The position numbers were made by a program, and so were the translations under genes. Positions 1-9,514 of a stretch of 64,000 bases of DNA are shown here, in pieces (the stretch's first letter is position 1; every line of letters begins with the position of its first letter). The DNA is from Actinomycetota bacterium. GTDB taxonomy: Bacteria; Actinomycetota; Acidimicrobiia; Spongiisociales; UBA11373. Under the pieces are notes generated by a model that saw nothing but the letters and a program-made list of their open reading frames with translations, did not search any database and had not been told where the DNA came from. The stretch covers positions 5,914 to 69,913 of the forward strand of contig VGBK01000003.1 of assembly GCA_016870535.1 (NCBI GenBank), written 5' to 3'.

Positions 1-898
1 GGAACTGGTGGTCGCCCGGGCCCCGGCCGACTCCCCGGTGCCGCGCAGCGTGCATCACTGCGACTATCCGGAAGCCGACCCCGCCCTGATCGACCCCGCC
101 TTGGAGGCCGACATGGCCGTGGTGCGGGAGGTGGTGAGCCTCGGCCGGGGCCTGCGCCGGGCCCAGGGGCTGCGGGTGCGCCAGCCCTTGCCGTCGCTCA
201 CAGTGGTCAGCCACGACGCGGCGGTCCGGGCCGCCGTCGCCGCCCACACCGAACTAATCGCCGAGGAGCTGAACGTCAAGGCAGTGGCCGGCAGCGACGA
301 CGAGCGGGCCCACGCCCGCCTCAGCGCCAAGCCCAACTACCGGCGGCTCGGCCCCCGCCTCGGGCCGCGCATGAAGGGGGTGGCCGCCGCCATCGAGGCC
401 CTCGATGAGGACGCCCTGGCCGGCCTGCTCTCCGGATCCCGGGTGCGCCTCGCCGGAGAGGAGATCGTCCTCGAGGACGTGGTGGTCGGCCGAGCGCCGC
501 TCCCCGGGGTGGTGGTGGCCGCCGCGGCGCGCCTGGCGGTCGCCCTCGACACCACGCTGACTCCCGCACTGGTTCGGGAGGGATTGGCGCGGGAGGTCGT
601 GAAGGCGGTGCAGGCGCGCCGACGCGCCGCCGGCCTGCACGTCTCCGATCGCATCACCCTCACGTGGGCCACCGACTCGGCGGAAGTGGCCGACGCGCTC
701 GAGACGCACAGCACCTGGGTGGCCGGCGAGGTGCTGGCCCTCGACCTGCGACGGGGAGAGCCGGGGCCGGGCGAACCGCTGGAGGTCGACGGCCACACCG
801 TCCGGATCGAAGTCACCCGGGCGGCGGGGCCGGGCGGGACCTCAGCAGAGGACCTGGGCCACCAGGTTGAGCACCAGGATAAGGACGAGGGGCGATAG
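1..898 (+). CDS. ileS: Isoleucyl-tRNA synthetase, C-terminal part; the 5' end lies outside the window.
   Basis: The ORF reads in from the window edge with no start. The C-terminal region (VHHCDYPEADP...VSLGRGLRRAQGLRVRQPL) resembles the IleS anticodon-binding/C-terminal domain. ileS adjacent to ylmG matches the usual actinobacterial dcw neighbourhood. Confidence 0.8.
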   Translation, partial: ELVVARAPADSPVPRSVHHCDYPEADPALIDPALEADMAVVREVVSLGRGLRRAQGLRVRQPLPSLTVVSHDAAVRAAVAAHTELIAEELNVKAVAGSDDERAHARLSAKPNYRRLGPRLGPRMKGVAAAIEALDEDALAGLLSGSRVRLAGEEIVLEDVVVGRAPLPGVVVAAAARLAVALDTTLTPALVREGLAREVVKAVQARRRAAGLHVSDRITLTWATDSAEVADALETHSTWVAGEVLALDLRRGEPGPGEPLEVDGHTVRIEVTRAAGPGGTSAEDLGHQVEHQDKDEGR

Positions 899-1093
899 GT
901 CGAGCGCCACCGAACCCAGGCGCACCGGCGGGAGCAGCGCCCGCAGAGGAGCAAGCACCGGTTGGGTGACCAGGCGCAGGCCCCGCCGCAGGCGGCCCAC
1001 CGGGTGCTCATCACCCACCGGAACCCATTCGACCACGACTCGGGCGAAGACCACCAGGGCATAGGCCCGCAGCGCCAGGCACAGGAAACGCAC
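842..1093 (-). CDS. ylmG: YggT/YlmG family small membrane protein.
   Basis: An 83-aa hydrophobic protein immediately downstream of sepF in the ftsZ-pgeF-ylmE-sepF-ylmG order. It converges on ileS and overlaps its 3' end by about 57 nt. Confidence 0.65.
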   Translation of the reverse strand: MRFLCLALRAYALVVFARVVVEWVPVGDEHPVGRLRRGLRLVTQPVLAPLRALLPPVRLGSVALDLSPLVLILVLNLVAQVLC

Positions 1094-1096
1094 CGG

Positions 1097-1738
1097 CTAG
1101 CTGCCCTCGGACTCCTGGTAGTAGCCCAGGCTCTGCAGGCGGCGGCGCTCGTCGCGGCCGACGTTGACGTTGGCCGGGGTCACCAGGATCACCCCCTGCC
1201 CGATCTTGCGCATCGAGCCGCCGAGGGCGTAGGTGAGCCCGCTGGCGAAGTCCACCAGGCGGCGCACCATGGCCGGCTCCACCTTGCGCAGGTCGAGCAC
1301 CACCGGCGAGTTGGCCCGGATGTGATCGGCCAGCAACTGGGCGTCGGCGTAAGACCGGGCGGTGATCACCTGGGTTTCGAGGTCCTGGTCGGTCACGGTG
1401 CGCACCCCGCTGTACTCGGTCACTTCGCCGATGACCCCGGCTTCGGCCAGGGCCCCCTCCGCGCTCGGCCGCCGCCGCGGGGCCATGGGCGGCTCGACGC
1501 GACGGAACGAGTGCGCGGGGCGCGCCGCCGGCGGCTCGACCCGCCGGGCCCCGCCGCCCTCTCGGTACGGCGGCGCCTCGCCCGGCCCGACCTGACCGAC
1601 CGACGGTCCGGGACGCTGGCCCGGCGCGCCGTAGCCGCCGCCGGCGGCAGACGGCAGGGCCCTGCCCCCTCCGTCCCCGGGCTCCTCCTCATCCACGAGC
1701 CCCAGGTAGAAGAGCGCCTTCTGCCAGACCTTGGCCAT
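1097..1738 (-). CDS. sepF: Cell division protein SepF.
   Basis: N-terminus MAKVWQKALFYLGL and C-terminal core RRLVDFASGLTYALGGSMRKIGQGVILVTPANV. Start placed at the internal ATG (MAKVW), 4 nt after the ylmE stop, with a purine-rich SD. Confidence 0.85.
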   Translation of the reverse strand: MAKVWQKALFYLGLVDEEEPGDGGGRALPSAAGGGYGAPGQRPGPSVGQVGPGEAPPYREGGGARRVEPPAARPAHSFRRVEPPMAPRRRPSAEGALAEAGVIGEVTEYSGVRTVTDQDLETQVITARSYADAQLLADHIRANSPVVLDLRKVEPAMVRRLVDFASGLTYALGGSMRKIGQGVILVTPANVNVGRDERRRLQSLGYYQESEGS

Positions 1739-1742
1739 CGGC

Positions 1743-2425
1743 TCACCCCCGCCTTCCGTCGTCTTGGAACGGACCAAAGATAGCCCGTCCCACCCGCAAC
1801 AGGGTGGCGCCTTCCTCCACTGCCACCTCGAAGTCGTCGCTCATCCCCATGGACAGACCGCTGAGGCCCGGCCACCGCGTCGCGAGCGAGCGCCGCAGAT
1901 CGGCCAGCGCCCTGAAGTGAGGACGCGCCTCTTCGGGATCGGCCGCGGCCGGAGGGATGGTCATCAGGCCCGGCACCTCGATGCCCAGGTGCACCGCGGC
2001 CGCCAGCAGGGCTTCGACCTCTGCCGGAGCCACTCCTGCCTTCTGCCCTTCCCCGGAGACGTTCACCTGTACCAAGGCCGGCGGCGGCAAGCCCGGGCCT
2101 TTAGCCCAGTAGCCCGCCAGATCCGTCCGGTCGAGGGAGTGCAGCAGCGCCGCCACCGGCCGCACCAGCCGCACCTTGTTGCCCTGCAGGCGTCCAATGA
2201 AGTGCCAGCGGGCGTCGGCCGGCAGCTCACCCCACCGCGCCGCCAGGGAGTCGGCCCGGTTCTCGCCGAAGTCGCGCTGCCCGGCGGCGTAAGCGGCGCG
2301 CACCAGGTCCGCCGGCACGCCCTTGGTGACCGCCACCAGGGTGATCCGGGCCTCATCGCGCCCCGCCCGGGCCGCGGCGGAGGCGATGCGCTCCCGCACC
2401 TCGTCCAGCCTCAGGGGACCCATGC
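1743..2425 (-). CDS. YggS/YlmE family pyridoxal-phosphate homeostasis protein.
   Basis: The true start is the internal ATG of the long 1743..2918 ORF ([14 protein letters not shown]...). The VAVTKGVP...FIGRLQGNK...SMGMSDDF segments are typical of the YggS family. Conserved position between pgeF and sepF. Confidence 0.85.
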
Positions 2426-3034
2426 CACCGCCACCTGTCGCTCCCGGGTGCCATCCCGGCGGTAAGAGTGGAAACCCAGGCCGCACGAGGTGCACTCCCC
2501 GGCCTGCCACACCTGCAGGCCGTCGAGTTCGGCCGCGACGGCGGCGGCGAGATCCACCGACTCGGCCCCCAGCCGCGCCACCGAGCGGAACCCGGGCAGC
2601 CGCGCCAGCACCTCCGGGCCCACCGCGTAGCAGCATGGGCCGATCCCCGGCCCGATGGCCGCCCGCTCCGGCGCCACCCCGGCTCGCTCCATGGCCCGGC
2701 GCAGGGCGCCGACCACGCCGGCGACGGCTCCCCGCCATCCCACATGGGCCAGGCCGGCGGCGCCGGGCGCCTCGAGGACCACCGGCAGGCAGTCGGCGGT
2801 GCCGATGGCCAGGGGCAGCCCCGGGCGGGTGGTGAAGATGGCGTCCCCATCGCCGGCCGGACCCGGAGCCTCCACCCGCCGCACCCGGCGGCCGTGCACC
2901 TGATGCAGGTAGGCCCACTCGGCGGCGATCCCCAGGGCGGCGGAGAAGCGGGCCCGGACGCCCGGATCCCGACGGCCGTCACCGTCGGCGGCCGTGCCGA
3001 ATGCTGCCCCGGCGAACCCGGGAGGGCAGATCAT
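2411..3034 (-). CDS. pgeF: Purine nucleoside phosphorylase/polyphenol oxidase family protein PgeF (YfiH/YlmD, peptidoglycan editing factor).
   Basis: Carries the conserved HVGWRG and C..C.G....SYRRDG segments. Immediately downstream of ftsZ with a 4-nt overlap. Confidence 0.85.
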   Translation of the reverse strand: MICPPGFAGAAFGTAADGDGRRDPGVRARFSAALGIAAEWAYLHQVHGRRVRRVEAPGPAGDGDAIFTTRPGLPLAIGTADCLPVVLEAPGAAGLAHVGWRGAVAGVVGALRRAMERAGVAPERAAIGPGIGPCCYAVGPEVLARLPGFRSVARLGAESVDLAAAVAAELDGLQVWQAGECTSCGLGFHSYRRDGTRERQVAVAWVP

Positions 3035-4176
3035 CCCTTCAGGAAGTCGGGGATGTCGATGTCGTCGAGGCCGCCCTCGGCATCACCCTCGCCGGGCTCG
3101 GTGCCTTTCGGGACCGGCGGACGCGGGCCCCGTGGGCCGGGGGCCGTCCCCGGGCGCAGCGCCGGCCGGCTCCGATCGAGGTCGAACCCGGCGGCGATCA
3201 CCGTGACCCGCATCTCGTCGCCCAGGGAGTCGTCGACGACCGCCCCGAAGATCACGTTGGCGTCGGGGTCGCAGTGCTCCGAGATGGCGATGGCCGCGGT
3301 GTTCACCTCGTGCAGGCTCAGGCTGGAGGGGCCGGCGATGGAGAGCAGCACCCCGCGCGCCCCCTCCATGGAGGTCTCCAGCATGGGGCTGGCCATGGCT
3401 TTGCGCGCCGCCTGCTGAGCCCGGTTCTCCCCGGTGCCGCGGCCGATGCCCATGACGGCCGACCCGGCGTCCTTCATGATCGCCCTCACGTCGGCGAAGT
3501 CCACGTTGATCAGGCCCGGCGTGGTGATCAGGTCGGTGATGCCGCCCACCCCGTGGAGCAGCACCTCGTCGGCCATGCGGAAGGCTTCGACCATGGGCAG
3601 TTCGGCGTCGGCGTACTCCAGCAGCCGCTGGTTGGGGATGATGATGAGGGTGTCCACCGCCGCCTTCAAGGCCTGGATGCCCTGTTCCGCTTGCACCGAG
3701 CGACGCCGGCCTTCGAAGCCGAAGGGCCGGGTCACCACCGCCACCGTCAGCGCTCCGACGCTTCGGGCCACCTCGGCCACCACCGGCGCTGCCCCGGTGC
3801 CGGTGCCGCCCCCCTCGCCGGCGGTGACGAAGACCATGTCGGCGCCGCGCATGGCCTCCTCGATCTCGTTGCGATGCTCTTCGGCGGCGCCCCGCCCCAC
3901 TTCGGGATCGGCGCCCGCCCCGAGGCCCCGGGTCAGGCTGCGCCCGATGTCGAGCTTGATGTCGGCATCGGACATGAGCAGGGCCTGGGCGTCGGTGTTG
4001 ACCGCCACGAACTCCACCCCGCGCAGCCCGGCCTCGATCATCCGGTTGATGGCGTTGACCCCGGCCCCGCCCACGCCGACCACCTTGATGACCGCCAGGT
4101 ACGCTTGCATGCCGTGGGGATCCGGCATCGCCATGCGGGCACTCTCGCCTTGCTTGGGCGGCGGCCGACGCTCCAT
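3031..4176 (-). CDS. ftsZ: Cell division GTPase FtsZ.
   Basis: [17 protein letters not shown] and tubulin signature GGGTGTG, with a proline-rich C-terminal linker and DIPDFLK tail. ATG at 4176 sits 6 nt after an AGGGAGGA SD. The track ORF begins one codon earlier, at GTG 4179. Confidence 0.95.
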   Translation of the reverse strand: MERRPPPKQGESARMAMPDPHGMQAYLAVIKVVGVGGAGVNAINRMIEAGLRGVEFVAVNTDAQALLMSDADIKLDIGRSLTRGLGAGADPEVGRGAAEEHRNEIEEAMRGADMVFVTAGEGGGTGTGAAPVVAEVARSVGALTVAVVTRPFGFEGRRRSVQAEQGIQALKAAVDTLIIIPNQRLLEYADAELPMVEAFRMADEVLLHGVGGITDLITTPGLINVDFADVRAIMKDAGSAVMGIGRGTGENRAQQAARKAMASPMLETSMEGARGVLLSIAGPSSLSLHEVNTAAIAISEHCDPDANVIFGAVVDDSLGDEMRVTVIAAGFDLDRSRPALRPGTAPGPRGPRPPVPKGTEPGEGDAEGGLDDIDIPDFLKG

Positions 4177-4242
4177 CACACATCCTCCCTGAACCTGCTG
4201 TGAAAGGTTAGCCCGACTCGTGCCGCTCCGGTCATCCCCGAC

Positions 4243-5004
4243 CTAACCCTCCACCACAGGTTGATCTTCCTCCTCGACGCCCGCTCCTGGAAGGAACACT
4301 GCCGGCCGGGTCGGAGCCACCAGGTCGATCTGTGCCCCCACCGCGAGACCCTCCGCCAGCAGCGCCTCGAACACCCTCCCCTTGTCGGCCAGATCGACGG
4401 GGGGCCCCAGCCGAGCGCGGAAACCCTCGGCCGCGATCCACAACTCCCCTCCCTCCGAAGTCACCCGACTGCGGGCGGCCAGGCCGGGGCTCAGGGCCAG
4501 GGCCAGATCCACCAGTTCCCGCCATTCGGGCGGCGTCAACTCCTCCCCCGGCGCGGCAGCAGGGTACGGCACCTGCACCTGCAGCAGCCCTGCTCCGGGC
4601 TCCGCAGCCGCCTCCACCACCACGCCCCGGCGGGCCACCAGGAGCCAGCCCTCGCCCGACGCCGCCCACAACGCCGGCCGGTGCTCCAGCACCTCGACCA
4701 CCAGACGGCCGGGGAACACCCGCTGCACCCGGACCTCCGCCACCCAGGGGTCGGCCCGCACCGCCGCTTCGATCTGTCCCGGCCGCAGCCAGATCATGAA
4801 GGCTCCCGGCCCGATCCCCGCGCGCTCCAGGCGTCCCGCCACATCGGCCTGCTCGGCCCCTGCCACCTCGATGTCCCGCAGCTTGAGCCATGGGGAGTGC
4901 AGCGCCGCCGCCGCCGCGCCCGCCAGGAGCAGCCCGGTCAGGCCCAGGGTCCACCCCCAATGCAGCCGGGCCCTCCCGCCCCCGGCGCCGGAGGGGTAGC
5001 TCAC
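4243..5004 (-). CDS. ftsQ: Cell division protein FtsQ (POTRA domain).
   Basis: Single TM (LHWGWTLGLTGLLLAGAAAAAL) followed by a POTRA-like segment (LKLRDIEVAGAE...). GTG start at 5002-5004 overlaps the murB TGA (GTGA). The preceding 447-aa ORF N-terminus is read-through into murB. Confidence 0.75.
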   Translation of the reverse strand: MSYPSGAGGGRARLHWGWTLGLTGLLLAGAAAAALHSPWLKLRDIEVAGAEQADVAGRLERAGIGPGAFMIWLRPGQIEAAVRADPWVAEVRVQRVFPGRLVVEVLEHRPALWAASGEGWLLVARRGVVVEAAAEPGAGLLQVQVPYPAAAPGEELTPPEWRELVDLALALSPGLAARSRVTSEGGELWIAAEGFRARLGPPVDLADKGRVFEALLAEGLAVGAQIDLVAPTRPAVFLPGAGVEEEDQPVVEG

Positions 5005-5912
5005 TCCGGCCCTTCGAACGGCCCCGCGAATCGCACCTCGGGCTCGAGGACGATGCCGGTTCGCTCGGCCACCCGCCGGCGCACCTCGGCCACCAGGTCG
5101 TACAAGTCCTGGGCCGAGGCGCCGGCTTCGGCCACGAAGAAGTTGGCGTGCTTGGGGGAGACCGCCACTCTCCCCACCCGCAATCCCTTGAGGCCGGCGG
5201 AGTCGATGATGCGCCCGGCGGCGTCCCCCGGCGGGTTCTTGAACACGCTGCCCGCGTTCAGGGCTCCCCCCGGCTGGGTGCGGCGCCGCCAGCGGACGAT
5301 CTCCCGCATCATGGCCTCTCCCTCGCGCCGAGGCCGGGCCACCGTGCGCAGGGTGGCGGCCACCACGACGTCGGTGTCTGCCAGGTTGCTGTGCCGGTAC
5401 GAGAGGCCCAGAGCCGCCGCCGGCCGCTCCCCCACCGAGCCCGTGCGCAGATCGACCACCCGTGCCGACACCAGCCAGGCCGCGGTGTCGCTGCCGTGCC
5501 CCCCGGAGGTCATCCGTACCGCCCCCCCCACCGCCCCCGGTATGCCCACCATGAACTCCAGGCCGCCCCTTCCGGCGGCGGCGCACCGCCGGGCGACCAC
5601 CGGTTGAGCGGCGGCCGCCCCGGCGGCGATCAGCCCGTCGCCCGCCACCGCCACCCCGCCCATCCCCTCACCCGGCCGGACCACCAGCCCGGGGAACCCC
5701 CGGGGCGACACCACCAGGTTGCTGCCCCGGCCCAGGACCAGCACCGGGACGGGCTCGGCGGCCAGGCCGGCGGCGACGGTCAGCAACTCCTCCTCGTGGT
5801 GCACCTCCAGGTAGTACCGGGCGGGCCCCCCGAACCGGTACGTGGTCAGCGGGGCCAGGGGCACATCTCGCGCCAGCATCCCGGCGGCGGCCAGGTCGGC
5901 CAGCGCGCTCAC
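5001..5912 (-). CDS. murB: UDP-N-acetylenolpyruvoylglucosamine reductase MurB.
   Basis: Typical FAD-binding N-terminus (LAPLTTYRFGGPARYY) and MurB C-terminal domain. 4-nt overlap with the murC stop. Confidence 0.9.
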   Translation of the reverse strand: MSALADLAAAGMLARDVPLAPLTTYRFGGPARYYLEVHHEEELLTVAAGLAAEPVPVLVLGRGSNLVVSPRGFPGLVVRPGEGMGGVAVAGDGLIAAGAAAAQPVVARRCAAAGRGGLEFMVGIPGAVGGAVRMTSGGHGSDTAAWLVSARVVDLRTGSVGERPAAALGLSYRHSNLADTDVVVAATLRTVARPRREGEAMMREIVRWRRRTQPGGALNAGSVFKNPPGDAAGRIIDSAGLKGLRVGRVAVSPKHANFFVAEAGASAQDLYDLVAEVRRRVAERTGIVLEPEVRFAGPFEGPE

Positions 5913-7318
5913 CCCGCCGCTCCCCAGATCGCGGTCAGCTCGTCGGCCACCAGGGTGATATCCCCCGCCCCCATCAGCAGGATCAGGTCCCCCGGCCGGG
6001 CCTCGTCCGCCACCGCCCGGGCCAGTTCGCTGCGCCGCGCGGCGTAGGTAACCCCCGCTCCGGCAGCCCGCGCCGCGTCGGCCACCAGACGACCGCTCAC
6101 CCCGGGCACCGGCGCCTCCCCGGCGGCATAGACATCGGTGACGACCACCCGGTCCGCCCCCGCCAACGCCGCGCCGAAGCGCGCTGCGTGCTCGGCCGTC
6201 CGGCTGAAGCGGTGGGGCTGGAACACCGCCACCACCCGGGCCGGCTCCCCCAGCCGCGCCGCGGCGATGGTGGCCGCCACTTCGGTCGGGTGGTGGGCGT
6301 AGTCGTCGACGACGGTGATGCCGCCGAGACGGGCCTTAACCTCGAAGCGCCGCCTCACCCCGCCGAATGACGCCAGGCCCCCGGCCGCGCCGGCCACGTC
6401 GTAGCCCAGTTCCCCGAGCAGGGCGAGCGCCCCGGCGGCGTTCCGGGCGATGTGGAGACCCGGACGGGGGACGGCCACCTCCACCGCCCGGCGGCCGTGG
6501 CGCAGGGTGAAGGAGATCCCGGCGGGCTGCGCCGCCACCTCGGTGATGCGCCAGGAAGCCTCCGGGTCGACCCCGTAGCCGACCAGTCCCGGCACTCGTT
6601 CCGCCAGGCGCCGCGCGCCGGGGTCGTCGAGACAGGCAACTACCGGGCCGGCCACCCGCCCCGCCACCTCGGCGAAGGCCTCCTCTACCGCCTGCGGCGT
6701 CTGGTAGTAGTCGAGATGATCGGCCTCCACGTTGGTCACCGCCAGAGCCGCCAGGTGGACATCGAGAAAGGTGCCGAAGGCCTCGTCGGCCTCCAGCACG
6801 AACAACCTGGGCTCGCCGCGGTGCGCGTTGGTGTTCAGGTCCACCAGGTGCCCTCCGATCATGAAAGAGGGATCCCGGCCCAGTGCCCGCAGCGCCGCCA
6901 CCACCATGGCGCTGCCCGTGGTCTTGCCGTGCGTCCCCGCCACCCCGAGCGCCGGGGCCCGGCGAGTCAGGGCTTCCAGCAGTCGCGGCCGCGACCACAC
7001 CTCGATGCCGGCGGCACGCGCTGCGCTGAGCTCCGGATCGCGCTCCGGGACCGCCGACGAAGCCACGACCAGATCCCAGCCGTCGGCCCGGGCAGGCCGA
7101 TGCCCCACCCACACCTCCACCCCCAGGCCCTCCAGATCCCCGAGCGCCCGGCTGGGCTTGAGGTCCGATCCACTGACGGCGTGCCCCTCCTGGGCCAGCA
7201 GCTTGGCGAGGCCGCTCATGCCGATGCCGCCCGCTCCCACCAGATGGATCCGCCGCCGCGACGCCAGGTCACTCACCCACGGCCTCCAAGAGCCGAACCG
7301 CGATCTCCTCGGCGGCAC
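5909..7318 (-). CDS. murC: UDP-N-acetylmuramate--L-alanine ligase MurC.
   Basis: IHLVGAGGIGMSGLA and GTHGKTTGSAM Mur ligase motifs. Start is uncertain: ATG 7318 overlaps murG by 50 nt, alternative GTG about 7276. Confidence 0.9.
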   Translation of the reverse strand: MPPRRSRFGSWRPWVSDLASRRRIHLVGAGGIGMSGLAKLLAQEGHAVSGSDLKPSRALGDLEGLGVEVWVGHRPARADGWDLVVASSAVPERDPELSAARAAGIEVWSRPRLLEALTRRAPALGVAGTHGKTTGSAMVVAALRALGRDPSFMIGGHLVDLNTNAHRGEPRLFVLEADEAFGTFLDVHLAALAVTNVEADHLDYYQTPQAVEEAFAEVAGRVAGPVVACLDDPGARRLAERVPGLVGYGVDPEASWRITEVAAQPAGISFTLRHGRRAVEVAVPRPGLHIARNAAGALALLGELGYDVAGAAGGLASFGGVRRRFEVKARLGGITVVDDYAHHPTEVAATIAAARLGEPARVVAVFQPHRFSRTAEHAARFGAALAGADRVVVTDVYAAGEAPVPGVSGRLVADAARAAGAGVTYAARRSELARAVADEARPGDLILLMGAGDITLVADELTAIWGAAG

Positions 7319-8342
7319 CGGGCCGGGCTCTCGTCCGCGCCCGGCGAGCCATCTCGGCGCGCGCCGCCTCGTCCCCGAGCAGCGCCCCCACCACCCCCGG
7401 CAGGCCGGCCGCCCCGGCCTGCGGCACCAGGCGCGCTCCTCCTGCCTCCTCGAGGACGGCGGCGTTGTGCCGCTGGCCCACCCGGTCGAGCGGCACCACC
7501 ACGGCCGGCGTCCCGGTCGCCGCCAGCTCAGAGATGGTCATGGCGCCGCCCCGGCACAGCACCAGGTCGCAAGCGGCATAGAAGTACTGCATCTGCTCCT
7601 CGAACGGCAGGCAACGCCACGGTAACGCGGCCGCCGCCGCCTGCGGGCCGAACACCTCCGCCTCCGCTCCCGCCAGGTGCACCACCGCCAGCGGCTCTCC
7701 CGCCCAGGCGCCGACGATGCCGGCTACCGCCTCGTTGAGCACCCGGGCTCCCAGGCTCCCGCCCAGGACGCCGAGGACGGTGGCCCCCTCGGGGAGGTGA
7801 TAACGGCGCCGCGCCGCCGCGGCCAGGCCGGCTCGATCGAAGGCGTCCAGCGCGGGCGGCAGCGGGTTCCCCGTCAGGAGGCTCCGGGGCAGTCGCTCCG
7901 CCGGGCCGGGCAAGCCCAGGAAGACCCGTTGCGCCCGGCGCGCGGTGAGGCGCACCGCCAGGCCGGGCACCGCATTCTGTTCCTGCAGGAAGAGGGGGAG
8001 GCTCAGGCGACGCGCCGCCCGCGCCGCCGGCACGCTGACATACCCGCCCATCGCCAGCACCGCCCGGACCCGGTGCCGTTCTAGAGCCTCCGCCATGGCC
8101 CGCGTGCTGCGGTGCAGCATCAGGGGGATCGCCAGGTTCCGCGGGGAGAGGCTGCGCCGCAGCCCGGCCAGTTGAAAGGCCTCAAAGGGAAAGCCGGCCG
8201 CGGGGACGGCTCGCGCCTCCAGGCGGTGGCCCCCGAGGAAGACCACCTCGGCAGGGTCCAGCCCGCGCTGCACCAGAGCGCGGGCCACGGCCAGGGCCGG
8301 GAAGACGTGCCCGCCCGTCCCCGCGGCCGCGATGGCGATCAT
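7269..8342 (-). CDS. murG: Undecaprenyldiphospho-muramoylpentapeptide beta-N-acetylglucosaminyltransferase MurG.
   Basis: Starts at the internal ATG (MIAIAAAGTGGHVFPALAVA), the classical MurG N-terminus. The upstream 317 codons of the 675-aa ORF are antisense/read-through. ATGA overlap with the ftsW stop. Confidence 0.9.
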   Translation of the reverse strand: MIAIAAAGTGGHVFPALAVARALVQRGLDPAEVVFLGGHRLEARAVPAAGFPFEAFQLAGLRRSLSPRNLAIPLMLHRSTRAMAEALERHRVRAVLAMGGYVSVPAARAARRLSLPLFLQEQNAVPGLAVRLTARRAQRVFLGLPGPAERLPRSLLTGNPLPPALDAFDRAGLAAAARRRYHLPEGATVLGVLGGSLGARVLNEAVAGIVGAWAGEPLAVVHLAGAEAEVFGPQAAAAALPWRCLPFEEQMQYFYAACDLVLCRGGAMTISELAATGTPAVVVPLDRVGQRHNAAVLEEAGGARLVPQAGAAGLPGVVGALLGDEAARAEMARRARTRARPGAAEEIAVRLLEAVGE

Positions 8343-9514
8343 CCCGCCGCCTCCGGATCCGGGGCCTTTCGGGCGATCCCGACCAGGAGGCCGACCCCAA
8401 TCATCTCGGTGAGCAGGGCGCTTCCGCCGTAGGAGACGAAGGGGAGCGGCACCCCGGTGATGGGGAGGACCCCGGTGACCCCTCCGATGTTGACCAGTGC
8501 CTGCACCGCCAGCCAGGTGGTGATCCCGATGGCCACCAGGCGCCCGAACCGATCCCGGCAGCGCAGCGCCACCAGCATCCCGGCGGTGGTGAGCACCGCG
8601 AAGAGGAGCACCACCGCCAGCGACCCGGCCAGGCCGGTCTCCTCCCCCACTATGGAGAAGATGAAGTCGGTGTGGGCATTGGGCAGGAAGGACCAGCGGG
8701 CCCGGCTCGCCCCCAGCCCCACCCCGAACAACCCCCCGGTCCCGAGGGCCACCAGCGATTGCATGGCCTGATACCCGGTGTCGAGCGGGTCGGCGCCCAC
8801 ATTCAGGAACGAGGTGACCCGCTCCCACCGGTAGGGAGAGAGCATCGCGGCGGCCACCGCCGCGGCCGCCCCTATAGCGCCCCCGCCCAGCACGAAGGCG
8901 AGCGGAGCAGCCGAAGCCACCAGCACGGCAAAGCCGCCGGCGGCGATGAGCAGCGTGGTGCCCAGGTCGGGCTGCACCACCACCAGCCCTCCCACCAACC
9001 CGACGGACAGGGCGACCGGCCAGAGGAAGTCCCGGAAGCGGTGCATGGAGTCCTCCTTGCGGCTCACCAGCGTGGCCAGGAAGAGGACCGTTGCCGGCTT
9101 GGCGAACTCGGATGGCTGCAGCACCAGGGGGCCCAGCGACAGCCAGCGCTCCGCTCCCCCCCGCCGCAGGCCGACCAACTGCACCGCCACCAGGAGCACC
9201 ACCGTTCCCACGAAGAGAGGGAAAGCCAGCCGGCGCCACCAACGCAGCGGGAGGGCCGCCGCCAGCGCCAGGGCGACCACCCCGCCCCCCAGCCACACCA
9301 GCTGCCGTCGGAAGTAGAACAGGGAGTCCTGGCGATCCTGCAGGGCCGGTACCGACGAGGCCGAGAGAATGGCGCCGAGGCCGACGACGGCCAGGAGCCC
9401 CACCGGTATGAGCAGCGCCACCGTGAGGCGCCAGGAGCGGCGGGATGCCTCCTCCGCCCTCCGCCAGGCGGCTCGGTCGCCGGCGACGCTCAGCGCCACG
9501 CCGGAGTCCATCAT
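8339..9514 (-). CDS. ftsW: Peptidoglycan glycosyltransferase FtsW (SEDS family).
   Basis: 10-TM SEDS protein with conserved PSEFAK and FIFSIVGEETG motifs. Internal ATG start (MMDSGV...). ATGA overlap with the murD stop. Confidence 0.9.
   Translation of the reverse strand: MMDSGVALSVAGDRAAWRRAEEASRRSWRLTVALLIPVGLLAVVGLGAILSASSVPALQDRQDSLFYFRRQLVWLGGGVVALALAAALPLRWWRRLAFPLFVGTVVLLVAVQLVGLRRGGAERWLSLGPLVLQPSEFAKPATVLFLATLVSRKEDSMHRFRDFLWPVALSVGLVGGLVVVQPDLGTTLLIAAGGFAVLVASAAPLAFVLGGGAIGAAAAVAAAMLSPYRWERVTSFLNVGADPLDTGYQAMQSLVALGTGGLFGVGLGASRARWSFLPNAHTDFIFSIVGEETGLAGSLAVVLLFAVLTTAGMLVALRCRDRFGRLVAIGITTWLAVQALVNIGGVTGVLPITGVPLPFVSYGGSALLTEMIGVGLLVGIARKAPDPEAAG

Noticed and set aside
1-1097. divIVA hidden in the minus-strand frames upstream of ylmG (ORFs 337..1062, 254..796, 64..336).
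   Set aside because: The translations are Arg/Ser/Trp-rich antisense products of ileS, with no coiled-coil DivIVA signature.
7269-9296. 675-aa murG ORF, 734-aa ftsW ORF (8339..10543), 635-aa murD ORF (9511..11418), 539-aa murE ORF, 599-aa enolase ORF (50128..51927) and 622-aa GNAT ORF (51258..53126) as full-length proteins.
   Set aside because: The N-terminal extensions are read-through into the upstream gene in another frame, or antisense to plus-strand genes. The conserved family N-termini begin at internal ATG/GTG codons that coincide with the upstream stop.
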